From: an uncultured Patescibacteria group bacterium | Lineage (GTDB): Bacteria > Patescibacteriota > JACMRA01 | DNA: 62,989 bases | Direction of reading: 5' to 3' | NCBI GenBank assembly: GCA_938017575.1 | Contig: CALIJC010000009.1 | Span: forward strand, 1-62,989 | Shown here: positions 27,064-35,900 of the stretch, piece after piece | How positions within the stretch are numbered: the stretch's first letter is position 1 | Layout: the number at the start of each line of letters is the position of its first letter | The notes under the pieces: generated by a model | What the model was told of the DNA's origin: nothing | The model's database searches: none | The model's input: only the letters and a program-made list of their open reading frames with translations | Position numbers and translations under genes: made by a program

Positions 27064-28599
27064 TTATCTAGCCCTACGTTTTTTTATATTTTGAATTGAC
27101 TCTATCCACCAATTTGATCTTTGGATGTAGTTAGTAAAGTCCTTGAATGAAGTTCCACATGGTGAAAATAGTACATTTAAATTATATTCATCTTTATTTA
27201 AAATAGCCTGACTTGATTGGTTATCATTAATTGAATCAAAGTTATTCACGAGCTCTTCTAACCATTTCGTAAATCCAGTGCGGATTTTTGCCAGGGATTC
27301 AAAATTAGCAGTCATTGATTGTTTAAAATCTTCATTGCTAGCTTTTATATCAATACCCATTTTTTGGTAAATACAATTTAGTAAATGCTCACCAACTTCA
27401 CCGCAATAGTTTACTTTATGTAGTTGATTCTTTTTTTGTACATCTAAAATTGCTTCAATCAAATTGCTCAGATCTCCACCTTTATCCAGTCCATCAACAA
27501 TTAACCATAGATAATCGCCTAACTCAGAATAGCTCAAAACGCCGGCTCTAACGGCTTCTGGCTCTGTAGCCGCCCCATCATCGATAAAATTAATATTCAG
27601 TTTTTTTTGAGTATCTTTGAGTAATATTTCAGTTGAAATTGTCTTAACTAATTGCTGTCTATGAGGTAGGTTACTAAAGCTCTTCATTTCTTTTTTAACA
27701 AACTCAGGTTTAGCGTTTATTCCAATTATTTTAATTAATTCCAAAGCAATCGATAAATTTTGGTAATTATGATAACCGCGCAGCTCAGGAATTTTATATT
27801 GCTCTATTATATTTTCGACATTTTCTTTGGTGATAATATTCTGATTGTTTATTGTATTTTCTCCAAGCCTTTCCTGGAAATCCTTTAAAAATACTATCGT
27901 ACCAGTATTATCTTGGTGTATAAAAATATTATCTTTCGAGGCCCAGTATTCTTTTTTGGTCTTATGCTGATCTAAATGGTCTATATAATAGTTAGTAATT
28001 CCAGAAATTTTCGGACTGGTTTTACTATATCCCAAATCCTCTAGCTGGAAAGAAGATAATTCAATTACAAAAAATACATCATCAGAAATATCAGCATCTA
28101 GTATATCCCAAAAAGTATAGGGGGAAATATTTGTTGTATTCCCGCAGTAATATGAAGTGTATTGAGTATCTTTATTAATTAGGTGATTTACAATCCCACA
28201 TGTTGTACTTTTGCCTTTGGTACCAGTAATCCCTATGATTTGATCTTTAAATTTCTCTATAAAAAATACTAAATTTGATAAAACTCTATCATCACCTTTG
28301 AGACTTCGAAAATCTTCTAATTCTTGAATTTTACTCCATATTCCAGGTGATTTGAATACATATTCCAGTTGTGGGTTTTCCAATACTGATAAATAGTTAT
28401 CACCAGCAAAGATATTTTCTGGGTCAAAGCCCATATTAACAAAATCTGCCAAGTCTCTTTGGTCGGCTAATAATATATTTGATTTCTCAAATTTAAAAAC
28501 ATTCACTAACCAATCTAAAAATTGTCTATTTTCCTGACCCAGCCCCAGTAAACAGATTTTATCATTTTGTTGTAAATTTTTCAGTTTCTCTAGATACAT
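27064..28599 (-). CDS. Mur ligase family protein, MurD-like
   Basis: GITGTKGKSTT ATP-binding motif and N-terminal Rossmann-like LLGLGQENRQFLDWL. 511 aa, longer than typical MurD. Confidence 0.7.
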   Translation of the reverse strand: MYLEKLKNLQQNDKICLLGLGQENRQFLDWLVNVFKFEKSNILLADQRDLADFVNMGFDPENIFAGDNYLSVLENPQLEYVFKSPGIWSKIQELEDFRSLKGDDRVLSNLVFFIEKFKDQIIGITGTKGKSTTCGIVNHLINKDTQYTSYYCGNTTNISPYTFWDILDADISDDVFFVIELSSFQLEDLGYSKTSPKISGITNYYIDHLDQHKTKKEYWASKDNIFIHQDNTGTIVFLKDFQERLGENTINNQNIITKENVENIIEQYKIPELRGYHNYQNLSIALELIKIIGINAKPEFVKKEMKSFSNLPHRQQLVKTISTEILLKDTQKKLNINFIDDGAATEPEAVRAGVLSYSELGDYLWLIVDGLDKGGDLSNLIEAILDVQKKNQLHKVNYCGEVGEHLLNCIYQKMGIDIKASNEDFKQSMTANFESLAKIRTGFTKWLEELVNNFDSINDNQSSQAILNKDEYNLNVLFSPCGTSFKDFTNYIQRSNWWIESIQNIKKRRAR

Positions 28600-28649
28600 G
28601 TAATATGTATCACTAAAGGGCTATCCCTTGTCAAGTATCTAATGCTAAA

Positions 28650-29588
28650 TTACCCTCCCAGGTTTGTGTTCTGTACGAAAAATACAATCAATTGAGAAAT
28701 AGTAACTGCTAGTAAAACAACAATTAATCCAATAATTGCATTGTTTAGCTTGTCTTTGGCGCTTTTTACCTTACCTTGGTCTCCTCCAGAGAAAATATAG
28801 TCATATCCTGCCCAAACTAAGAAAAATACAGTCAAAACCGCAGAAACAGGAATCAAAAAATTGTTCACGATAGTTGAGATAATTGAAACAATACTGCCTG
28901 TTTCCAAACTTAGCTGACTTTCTTGTGTACCAAAGGTAGATTCCACCAAATTCCGAATAGGTGTGGCAATTAATACAATCACAAGTCCAATAACACCATT
29001 GGCAATAGTCTGTTTACCATCTTCTTTGGCACCAGGTAGGGTAGATAGGAAAAATTTATAACCACCCCAAATAATTGTCAGCACAGAAACCAGTCCTGCA
29101 ATAGCAGTCAAAAATCCAATCACAGCGTTAATAATATTTTCTGTAGGCTCTGCATTGATTCCTTCGGCTGTAGTGCCCCGAAGTGTATCTTGAATAAACG
29201 TTAAAATAACACCGTCACCGCCACCGCTAACACCATAAGCTAGGAGGATCAAAGCGTAACCTATTACAGCAGAAGAAATTGCTCGCCGGCCACTGGTTTT
29301 TTGATCGAATCCACCCAAAAAATATAAATAACCACCCCAAATCAAAACCAGAGTTGCAAATATCGGTGCCAAACTAAACAAAAAGCTAACAATCGCACTG
29401 GCTAAATCATTTTTGCAAGTAGCGGTTTCAACCAAACAATCAAACGGAAGTAAATTCAATGCACCTGCGTCCTGAGCGTGAGCATCCACACTACCAGAAA
29501 TCATCGGTGCTAAAAGAGCTATTACAACAACAAACAATACCAAGGGTTTGTGTAAAAATTTATTTATTTTGCGAATTATATTAGTCAT
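28650..29588 (-). CDS. Triplicated TrbC/VirB2-like 'T4SS pilin' domain protein
   Basis: Signal-like N-terminus from the ATG at 29588 (MTNIIRKINKF...). Three successive units of [TM - W(G/A)GY.(Y/F)(F/L/I) - loop with K/R - A(V/I)IG..(I/V).L - TM]: LIWGGYLYFLGGFDQKTSGRRAISSAVIGYALILLA, IIWGGYKFFLSTLPGAKEDGKQTIANGVIGLVIVLIA and LVWAGYDYIFSGGDQGKVKSAKDKLNNAIIGLIVVLLA. Confidence 0.7.
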   Translation of the reverse strand: MTNIIRKINKFLHKPLVLFVVVIALLAPMISGSVDAHAQDAGALNLLPFDCLVETATCKNDLASAIVSFLFSLAPIFATLVLIWGGYLYFLGGFDQKTSGRRAISSAVIGYALILLAYGVSGGGDGVILTFIQDTLRGTTAEGINAEPTENIINAVIGFLTAIAGLVSVLTIIWGGYKFFLSTLPGAKEDGKQTIANGVIGLVIVLIATPIRNLVESTFGTQESQLSLETGSIVSIISTIVNNFLIPVSAVLTVFFLVWAGYDYIFSGGDQGKVKSAKDKLNNAIIGLIVVLLAVTISQLIVFFVQNTNLGG

Positions 29589-29592
29589 AAAA

Positions 29593-30117
29593 TTAGAATG
29601 TGAAGAAATCAGAAACATTTGTAGTACCAAGACTTTCAATACCCAGAACCTGTAAAACCGTAAAAACCAACATATAAGAACTGATAACTATTCCAAGAGC
29701 CATAACTGAATTCTGAATATCTCTTCGTGCATCCAAAATCATTCTCTCGGTATTATCACCAATTCCACCATAGATGTATTTTAATCCACTTACAATTAAT
29801 GTGATTCCAAAAACGTAAAAAACCAACGAAGCCATAAACCCATAACCTCTGATCAAAACACTAGGAAGTACTGCCAAAGACAGCGGTTGAGCGCCACCAT
29901 CACCGTCCGATGTACAGGCAGGGTCCAGTAGTGGGGTAAAACTAGTAGTTACAAAAATATCAGTAATTTTAATATCTTTTGTCTCCGTACAAGCTGCTGG
30001 GTCTGAAAATTGAGCATTAGCAGTTAAATTACTAAACAAACCAAAAGCCAAAAACATCAACCCCAAGATTGCCACAAGTTTTTTCGAGGTTAAACGCATT
30101 TTTGAAATGATAGTCAT
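29593..30117 (-). CDS. TrbC/VirB2-like pilin family protein (single, divergent domain)
   Basis: From the ATG at 30117 (MTIISKMRLTSKK). Signal peptide ..LTANA, then GLKYIYGGIGDNTERMILDARRDIQNSVMALGIVISSY. Confidence 0.6.
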   Translation of the reverse strand: MTIISKMRLTSKKLVAILGLMFLAFGLFSNLTANAQFSDPAACTETKDIKITDIFVTTSFTPLLDPACTSDGDGGAQPLSLAVLPSVLIRGYGFMASLVFYVFGITLIVSGLKYIYGGIGDNTERMILDARRDIQNSVMALGIVISSYMLVFTVLQVLGIESLGTTNVSDFFTF

Positions 30118-30127
30118 ACTTTTTTCT

Positions 30128-30156
30128 AATATAAATAAAAATGTCACATAAGTCAA
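30128..30156 (-). promoter_or_regulatory. Promoter TTGACT-N17-TATATT for the pilin gene pair
   Basis: The reverse complement reads TTGACT tatgtgacatttttatt TATATT agaaaaaagt ATG. Confidence 0.5.
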
Positions 30157-30205
30157 TTGACATTATGCTTTTCTTGTCCAAAGCTTGGCCATAAATAAAC
30201 TAATC

Positions 30206-31285
30206 ATGATCTATATCTATATTGTTCTAGGGTTTAGTTTCGCATTATCTTTTCTTGGATCTAGGTTGTCGATTTTACTGGCAAACAAATTGAATATCGT
30301 AGATGATCCAAAGTTCGAACCTACCCGAAAAAAACAAAAAACCCCAATTCCACTTTTGGGAGCTAGCGGTTTTATTATTATCGCTACAATTTTTTCATTA
30401 TTAACTTGGCTAACCTATATATTTGATTGGTTCGGAGTAGGTAGTTCGCTATATACAAACCTAGAAGGTGTAAATTTTGGCTGGATATTGGTTTCCGTAA
30501 TCATATTGCTGATAGGAGGGTTTATTGATGATAAATATAGGCTCAAAGCCAAATGGCTAGCTATTCCAATCACAATTGCCCTGCTAATTACAATATTTTT
30601 AGGAGGGCTGCAAATCGAAGCTCTTTCGTACCCTTTTGATTCATTCCTACCTCAAAATCAGTTTCTACCTCCGCTGCTTAGCTTTTTATGGCTTGGTCTA
30701 TGTGTTTCAGCAACCAAATTCTTAGACGGCCATGATGGGCTAGTCACTAGCATGGGTTTTGTGACTTTTTTGGTTATCGCCTCAGTTAGTCTTTTTGATA
30801 ATGTTTTCCAGCCTTTTACTGCTATTTTATCATTAATCTGGGCATTTTCTTTGCTTGGATTTTTACCTTTCAATTTCCCAGAAGCCAAAAGCTATTTAGG
30901 CGAGGGAGGTTCAGAAATAGTCGGTTTTATGATTGGAGTTTTGTCGATTCTGTCGGGAGCCAAAGTTGCCACCAGCAGTATGGTTATTGGCTGGTTTATA
31001 ATCGATATTATTTTCGTAATCTTGCTGCGAATTTACCAAAAAAAGAACCCCCTAAAAGGGGATAGACTACATTGGCATTTCCGATTGTTAGACATGGGAA
31101 TGAGTAAAATCCAGGTACTTGTATTAACTACAATATTAATTCTAATTACAGCCCATGCTGGTCTAATATTCCCAACAAACTGGAAATTATGGGTCATCAT
31201 CTCACAAATATTTTTCTTGGTTATAGTCTTTACTATTTCAATAGTTCAAACCAAATCAAAGAAATTAACCACGCAGGTTAGATAA
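30206..31285 (+). CDS. Polyprenyl-phosphate sugar-phosphate transferase, MraY-like (glycosyltransferase family 4)
   Basis: GGFIDDKYRLK, KFLDGHDGL, GEGGSEIVGF and C-terminal LHWHFRL (compare MraY HHHFE). Multi-TM. I prefer the ATG at 30206. MraY versus WecA is not fully resolved. Confidence 0.65.
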   Translation: MIYIYIVLGFSFALSFLGSRLSILLANKLNIVDDPKFEPTRKKQKTPIPLLGASGFIIIATIFSLLTWLTYIFDWFGVGSSLYTNLEGVNFGWILVSVIILLIGGFIDDKYRLKAKWLAIPITIALLITIFLGGLQIEALSYPFDSFLPQNQFLPPLLSFLWLGLCVSATKFLDGHDGLVTSMGFVTFLVIASVSLFDNVFQPFTAILSLIWAFSLLGFLPFNFPEAKSYLGEGGSEIVGFMIGVLSILSGAKVATSSMVIGWFIIDIIFVILLRIYQKKNPLKGDRLHWHFRLLDMGMSKIQVLVLTTILILITAHAGLIFPTNWKLWVIISQIFFLVIVFTISIVQTKSKKLTTQVR

Positions 31286-31828
31286 CTCCTTCTCAACAGA
31301 ATCAAGACCTTTAACACCTTGTTTACCACCTGTAACTAGGTTTTTAGAGTCGTCTGGTCTAAAGAATTTAATAATTCCATTTGCAAAACCAGTCTTTTTG
31401 TTAGGCTCTTCGTTTAGTGATTGAGCAATTTCAGAATTAATGTCTGGTTTTTTTGCGTCAACCTGGGGTTTAGTAGGATTCTGGGCTAATACTGGTTTCT
31501 CAGGGGTTTTCTCAGTTTTGATGTTTTTTGCTGAATCATTAGATCCGCCAGATAATGAAATATTTTCAAAAGACTTATCTGCCTGTGGTATTGGAGATTC
31601 CAAAGGTTGTTTAGGTGGCTCAAAAGTGTTAACCGGTTGGTTATTTACCTGAGGTTTATCGAGTTTTGGTGATAATTTTTTTAATGCAGCTAATTTATCA
31701 TGGTGCACAGAACCTGTACCGCTAGCAGCCTCTAGAGACTGATTAATATCGGGTGTATTAGTTTGTTGTGTGTTATTTCCTGGGATTGAAAAACCGTCCT
31801 CTGGGAAATTAAAATTAGAATCTTGCAT
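31265..31828 (-). CDS. Pro/Gln/Asn-rich hypothetical protein
   Basis: From the ATG at 31828 (MQDSNFNF). Low complexity. Its 3' end overlaps the convergent mraY-like gene by about 21 nt. Confidence 0.4.
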   Translation of the reverse strand: MQDSNFNFPEDGFSIPGNNTQQTNTPDINQSLEAASGTGSVHHDKLAALKKLSPKLDKPQVNNQPVNTFEPPKQPLESPIPQADKSFENISLSGGSNDSAKNIKTEKTPEKPVLAQNPTKPQVDAKKPDINSEIAQSLNEEPNKKTGFANGIIKFFRPDDSKNLVTGGKQGVKGLDSVEKELSNLRG

Positions 31829-31969
31829 AAAAATCAAATCTATACATATAATTATAGCATATATTCCCAATACAGTCAACAAAATTTCAATTATTTCTCC
31901 AAAATCTAATTTCTAAGGTGGTCAATTAGTTGAGGTTATGGTAAGATCGTATACAATAATCAATCAAAA

Positions 31970-32296
31970 ATGTTCACTCTCGCAGGAAAAAAAGGAAACT
32001 CAACATACTCCAGCAATCACTCAACAGCCATTGAAGGTAGTAAAGTATTTTTTGAGTCGTTATCCAAACTATCTTTTCCGCATAGAGTAAAATTAGGTAA
32101 AATCAATAACAAAGACAGACCAAAATCATATTTCATTAATTGCACCGTTCACAAAAATTCTTTGGAGTTCAAAATAGGTTTCAAAGGGGTTCAGCTAGTC
32201 ACGGTTACCACTTCGGCAAATCAAGAGGATTTCCTGCAAGAGCTCCAAAAAAACATAAATTCACCCAAGATCAAAGTTAGAAAATCTGGTGCTTAA
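31970..32296 (+). CDS. Small hypothetical protein, paralogue 1 (108 aa)
   Basis: Aligns along its length with the 32430..32789 product (M.TL.G.K.NS....NH.T...GSK.FF.SLSK....H.V.LG.INNK.R....F..C...KN.LEFKIGF.GVQ..TV). Confidence 0.55.
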   Translation: MFTLAGKKGNSTYSSNHSTAIEGSKVFFESLSKLSFPHRVKLGKINNKDRPKSYFINCTVHKNSLEFKIGFKGVQLVTVTTSANQEDFLQELQKNINSPKIKVRKSGA

Positions 32297-32327
32297 TATG
32301 CTAAACTCGTAATTTCTTATTCAAACC

Positions 32328-32356
32328 TTGAAATAATCATAAATATATGCTATACT
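32328..32356 (+). promoter_or_regulatory. Promoter TTGAAA-N17-TATACT for paralogue 2
   Basis: TTGAAA at 32328-32333 and TATACT at 32351-32356. The leader carries an aggag SD before the ATG at 32430. Confidence 0.5.
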
Positions 32357-32429
32357 ATGGGGAAATTGTTATTTGTATTACTATTACTTAACAATTTTAT
32401 TTCCTATATTGTTGTTAGGAGTTAAAAAC

Positions 32430-32789
32430 ATGTATACCCTTACAGGTACCAAAAAAAACTCAATATTTGGTACCAACCACACAACTACTGTAGGAGGCAG
32501 TAAAAAGTTTTTCACGAGTCTTTCAAAAACTCCCGATACACACAAGGTCATGCTGGGTTATATCAATAACAAATCCAGACATCGCAAAAACTTTGTAAAA
32601 TGCTACATATATAAAAACTGTTTGGAGTTCAAAATTGGCTTTAATGGTGTTCAAACTATTACAGTTATGCCAAGCACGATAACCCCTAAAGAGTTTTTAC
32701 TCAAATTCCAGAAAATATATAAGCAATTAAAAGTAAATATCGAAGATTATTCGGATACTGATAAATATATTCTAAATTCTGCCAATTAA
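32430..32789 (+). CDS. Small hypothetical protein, paralogue 2 (119 aa)
   Basis: ATG at 32430 (MYTLTG) with an aggag SD. The track ORF starts at an upstream TTG (32373). Confidence 0.55.
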   Translation: MYTLTGTKKNSIFGTNHTTTVGGSKKFFTSLSKTPDTHKVMLGYINNKSRHRKNFVKCYIYKNCLEFKIGFNGVQTITVMPSTITPKEFLLKFQKIYKQLKVNIEDYSDTDKYILNSAN

Positions 32790-32874
32790 TTATAGATTGG
32801 TTGTTATATTCGAATTCTATTCAGGAATCACCACCGTCACAGTTCTATTTGTGGCGGTTATTGTTATTTATTTG

Positions 32875-33336
32875 TTACAAAACTGAGTGAATTACACTTG
32901 TTACAACTCCCCAGATGCTAAAATCATTCTCACCGGTAACCACAATAGGTTGGTAATCAGGGTTTTGAGGGTGTAAAATAACAGTATGGCCTTTTCTTTG
33001 CATGGTTTTGACTGTAAACTCACCATCGACTACAGCCACCACTACCGAGCCATTTTTGGCATCAATCGATCTATCAACAATCAATATGTCATTATTATTA
33101 ATCCCAGCTCCAATCATAGATTCGCCACTAACTCGAACAAAAAACGTACTAGCTGGGTGGCTAATCAAATATTCGTTGAGGTCCAGTTTTTGATCCAAAT
33201 AATCGTCAGCAGGGGAAGGAAACCCAGCAGATATCATCGCACCAAAAAGAGGTAGCTCAATTTTGCTAAATTTCTCTTTTAGCCCGTAGATTCCGCTAAT
33301 ATTGCTGAGATAGATATTTTTCTGATTTTGCATCAA
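32875..33336 (-). CDS. UmuD-like S24 self-cleaving peptidase (no adjacent umuC)
   Basis: SAGFPSPADDYLDQKLDLNEYL..HPASTFFVRVSGESM...GEFTVK parallels E. coli UmuD. It includes an Ala-Gly cleavage site, the Ser of SGESM and the Lys of TVK. Confidence 0.85.
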   Translation of the reverse strand: MMQNQKNIYLSNISGIYGLKEKFSKIELPLFGAMISAGFPSPADDYLDQKLDLNEYLISHPASTFFVRVSGESMIGAGINNNDILIVDRSIDAKNGSVVVAVVDGEFTVKTMQRKGHTVILHPQNPDYQPIVVTGENDFSIWGVVTSVIHSVL

Positions 33337-33393
33337 CTAAGACAAACACATATACCCAGGTTTTGCAAGGCTGGTTCTTGGTAGAAGCTAATT

Positions 33394-34080
33394 TTAACTA
33401 GACTGCTCTCTCTTTTTTTTGATAAAACTAGGAATTAGTGCGATTAATCCAAGTAATACAAAACTAAAAATCAGCGAAGGAGATAATACATCTCCAATAC
33501 TGGAAATTTTACTGATTTCTGTCCCGGCGTTTACATATGCAAATGATCCAGGAATTATTCCAACAGCTGTTGTCCAGAAAAATGTTCGTAAATTAACTCG
33601 AGATAAACCTGCTAAAATATTAATCAAAAAGAAAGGAAAAATAGGGAGTAGGCGCAGAGTCAGTAAATAGCTAACTTGGTTTTCATCAATTTTCTTGTTA
33701 AATCCTTCCAGCTGTTTACCAAATTTCTTTTCTAGCGAGTCTCTAAACAAAAATCTAGTAAATATAGCTGTTAAAGTCGCTCCAACACTAGCTCCAATTA
33801 AAACATAGACAACACCGAGGAGACCAAATATTAACCCTCCTGATAAAGTCAAAACCGTCGCCCCAGGGACTGAAAAAGCAACAGAAATAATGTAAACAGC
33901 AATATATCCCAGAACAAACAAGATGTAATTATTATCCCGGAGATCAAATAGGTATTCTTGATTGTCTTTGAGGTTCTCTAGAGTAAGCAGGCCGAACCAG
34001 CCCTGCGAATAAGCCACAGCAATTAAGGCGATTATTACTGCTAAAATGATAAATTTCTTGTATTTGTTAATTATTGACAT
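33394..34080 (-). CDS. TVP38/TMEM64 (DedA-related) family membrane protein
   Basis: Multi-TM, 228 aa, with the SVPGATVLTLSGGLIFG and LRLLPIFPFFLINILAG pattern typical of the family. Confidence 0.75.
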   Translation of the reverse strand: MSIINKYKKFIILAVIIALIAVAYSQGWFGLLTLENLKDNQEYLFDLRDNNYILFVLGYIAVYIISVAFSVPGATVLTLSGGLIFGLLGVVYVLIGASVGATLTAIFTRFLFRDSLEKKFGKQLEGFNKKIDENQVSYLLTLRLLPIFPFFLINILAGLSRVNLRTFFWTTAVGIIPGSFAYVNAGTEISKISSIGDVLSPSLIFSFVLLGLIALIPSFIKKKREQSS

Positions 34081-34110
34081 AATGGTTTTTTAAACGTAAT
34101 ATATACATGA

Positions 34111-34139
34111 ATATTACAACCCAAATTGCATAAGGTCAA
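34111..34139 (-). promoter_or_regulatory. Promoter TTGACC-N17-TAATAT
   Basis: The reverse complement reads TTGACC ttatgcaatttgggttg TAATAT. Confidence 0.6.
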
Positions 34140-34174
34140 CATAAATATTATTTTTTATTACCAAACAATTAACC

Positions 34175-34918
34175 ATGGAGTATAAACTCAGAAATATAGT
34201 CACAAATTTCAAACTCAAGTTAGTCACCAAAGTCCTATTGGTCTGTTTTTGGATAGCCTTTTTTGGTCTGTTTGTAGTGGGCTTAATTAGCTGTGGTAGA
34301 GTAATTTTGATGGAGAACCCAGATATCGCCGCGATTAGTTTTACACGTGAAACTCTCTACCAAACAATCAAAAAAACTCAGGAGTTAGTTAGTTCATGGG
34401 GTGTTGCAGCACCAATTTCATTTCTATTTCTATATCTCCTTCGCCCTTTGTTTCTGGTCCCAGGCAGTATCATGGCAGCATTGTCAGGAGCATTTTTCGG
34501 TCCAATCCAAGGTGCTATGCTAACCATGTTAGGTGAGAACATTAGTGCCAACACAGCCTTTTTTACAGCTAGGTATTTTGGCGGCAAGAAAAAAATAATG
34601 GAAAAAACCAAAATAACCAGTAAATTAAATAAAAAACTAGAAGCTGATGGGTTGTTTTATGTGCTACTGCTAAGATTTCTGTGGCTCCCGTTTGATTTAG
34701 TGAATTACACGTGCGGTTTATCCAAAGTGAAATGGAAAAACTATGCTCTAGGAACTTTCTTCGGTATTATACCAGGGATGCTAACCTTTTTATTTCTTGG
34801 AGATACTATAGGGGGTAATAACTCCTCAATTTGGTTAGGTGTCATCTTTGGATTACTCACGACAACTATAGGGTATTTGATGCATCACAGTAAAAAAGGT
34901 CAAGTAGTTGATCTATAA
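34175..34918 (+). CDS. TVP38/TMEM64 (DedA-related) family membrane protein
   Basis: LVPGSIMAALSGAFFG and LLRFLWLPFDLVNYTCG. Divergent from the 33394..34080 paralogue. Confidence 0.75.
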   Translation: MEYKLRNIVTNFKLKLVTKVLLVCFWIAFFGLFVVGLISCGRVILMENPDIAAISFTRETLYQTIKKTQELVSSWGVAAPISFLFLYLLRPLFLVPGSIMAALSGAFFGPIQGAMLTMLGENISANTAFFTARYFGGKKKIMEKTKITSKLNKKLEADGLFYVLLLRFLWLPFDLVNYTCGLSKVKWKNYALGTFFGIIPGMLTFLFLGDTIGGNNSSIWLGVIFGLLTTTIGYLMHHSKKGQVVDL

Positions 34919-34977
34919 AAATATGACCAAAGTCGTAACAACAATGGTCATTATAATACCTCCCAAAGTTTGTCGAT

Positions 34978-35619
34978 TTAATTAAACGTATATATAAACT
35001 TGAAAGAAGTGATACTTTCTATTGGGTTAATGTATTGATATATTTTTGTAAAAAATTCAATTAGATTTAATTGAAGTTTAACTTCACAAAAAATAGTACC
35101 TTGGATTAAAAGCTGCTCATCATCAACCGGCTCACAACATGACACATTAGCAAGGCCAAAGTCGGTACATACCCCAGCTATATCTAATAAAATAGAACTG
35201 TTATCTTTATAACCTAACTCTACTTCATATACGATAGGCGCATATATATTAGGGTCTCGTTTTTTCAAAGCCGGCAAATTAAAAGAGGATTGAACATAAT
35301 TTTCAATAGACATTTGATCAATTGGGACACCAATATCAAAAGGTCTAACATACTCTAATAAATTTACAAAAGGTATCTCTAGCTCGGTTAATAATTCACC
35401 AATAGCCATTTGGTTGCAGACTGGGTCTAGTCCTTTTGAAGTAAATATAAAATCGTATGAATCACGAACTCTAATCAGAGATTGTAAATCAATATTTCTT
35501 TGTTGTATTTTAGAAACTAAACCAATTAGACCATCTAAATTCTCAGGTGTTTGTAATACAAAATAATTCTCCTTTGTAATAAATCTATATCCTGAAGCTG
35601 TATTTATAGAAGAAACCAT
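34978..35619 (-). CDS. Hypothetical cytosolic protein (possibly tandem ACT-like folds)
   Basis: ATG at 35619 preceded by ggaggg. The segments YFVLQTPENLDGLIGLVSKIQQRNIDLQSL and ILLDIAGVCTDFGLANVS look like ACT-type beta-alpha-beta units. This is a weak inference. Confidence 0.5.
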   Translation of the reverse strand: MVSSINTASGYRFITKENYFVLQTPENLDGLIGLVSKIQQRNIDLQSLIRVRDSYDFIFTSKGLDPVCNQMAIGELLTELEIPFVNLLEYVRPFDIGVPIDQMSIENYVQSSFNLPALKKRDPNIYAPIVYEVELGYKDNSSILLDIAGVCTDFGLANVSCCEPVDDEQLLIQGTIFCEVKLQLNLIEFFTKIYQYINPIESITSFKFIYTFN

Positions 35620-35712
35620 GACAACAACCCTCCAAGTCAAATAAAAACAAAGTCCTAAGCAGACGATTATGTGTAAATCAGTCTTTAGTCAAGAGTTGGT
35701 ATGAGAAAATTC

Positions 35713-35741
35713 TTTACAAGACCCTAATCATATGCTATAGT
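35713..35741 (+). promoter_or_regulatory. Promoter TTTACA-N17-TATAGT on the + strand, between two minus-strand genes
   Basis: TTTACA at 35713-35718 and TATAGT at 35736-35741. Confidence 0.55.
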
Positions 35742-35747
35742 AACCAG

Positions 35748-35878
35748 GCAACAACCGTTGAGTTTAGTCGACTCAATCAAAGTTGTGATTTGAATCTGGT
35801 ATCGCTTGTCCATAAATCATACTTTTGTATGGTTTTGGTAAGCAAACACTTCTACTTCCCCAGGGAGGTAGTTTTTTT
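35748..35878 (+). ncRNA. Candidate small RNA of about 130 nt, class unknown
   Basis: Bounded by the promoter at 35713-35741 and a + strand intrinsic terminator at 35852-35878. Internal hairpins: ttgagt/actcaa (35758-35776) and catac/gtatg (35818-35831). The only ORF, 17 codons, runs through the terminator and has no SD. Confidence 0.45.
35852..35878 (+). terminator. Strong + strand rho-independent terminator
   Basis: ctacttcc ccag ggaggtag followed by ttttttt. The reverse orientation has no T-tract, so it does not serve the DUF2207 gene. Confidence 0.75.
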
Positions 35879-35900
35879 GTAGTTAATCAATCTTCAAGGT

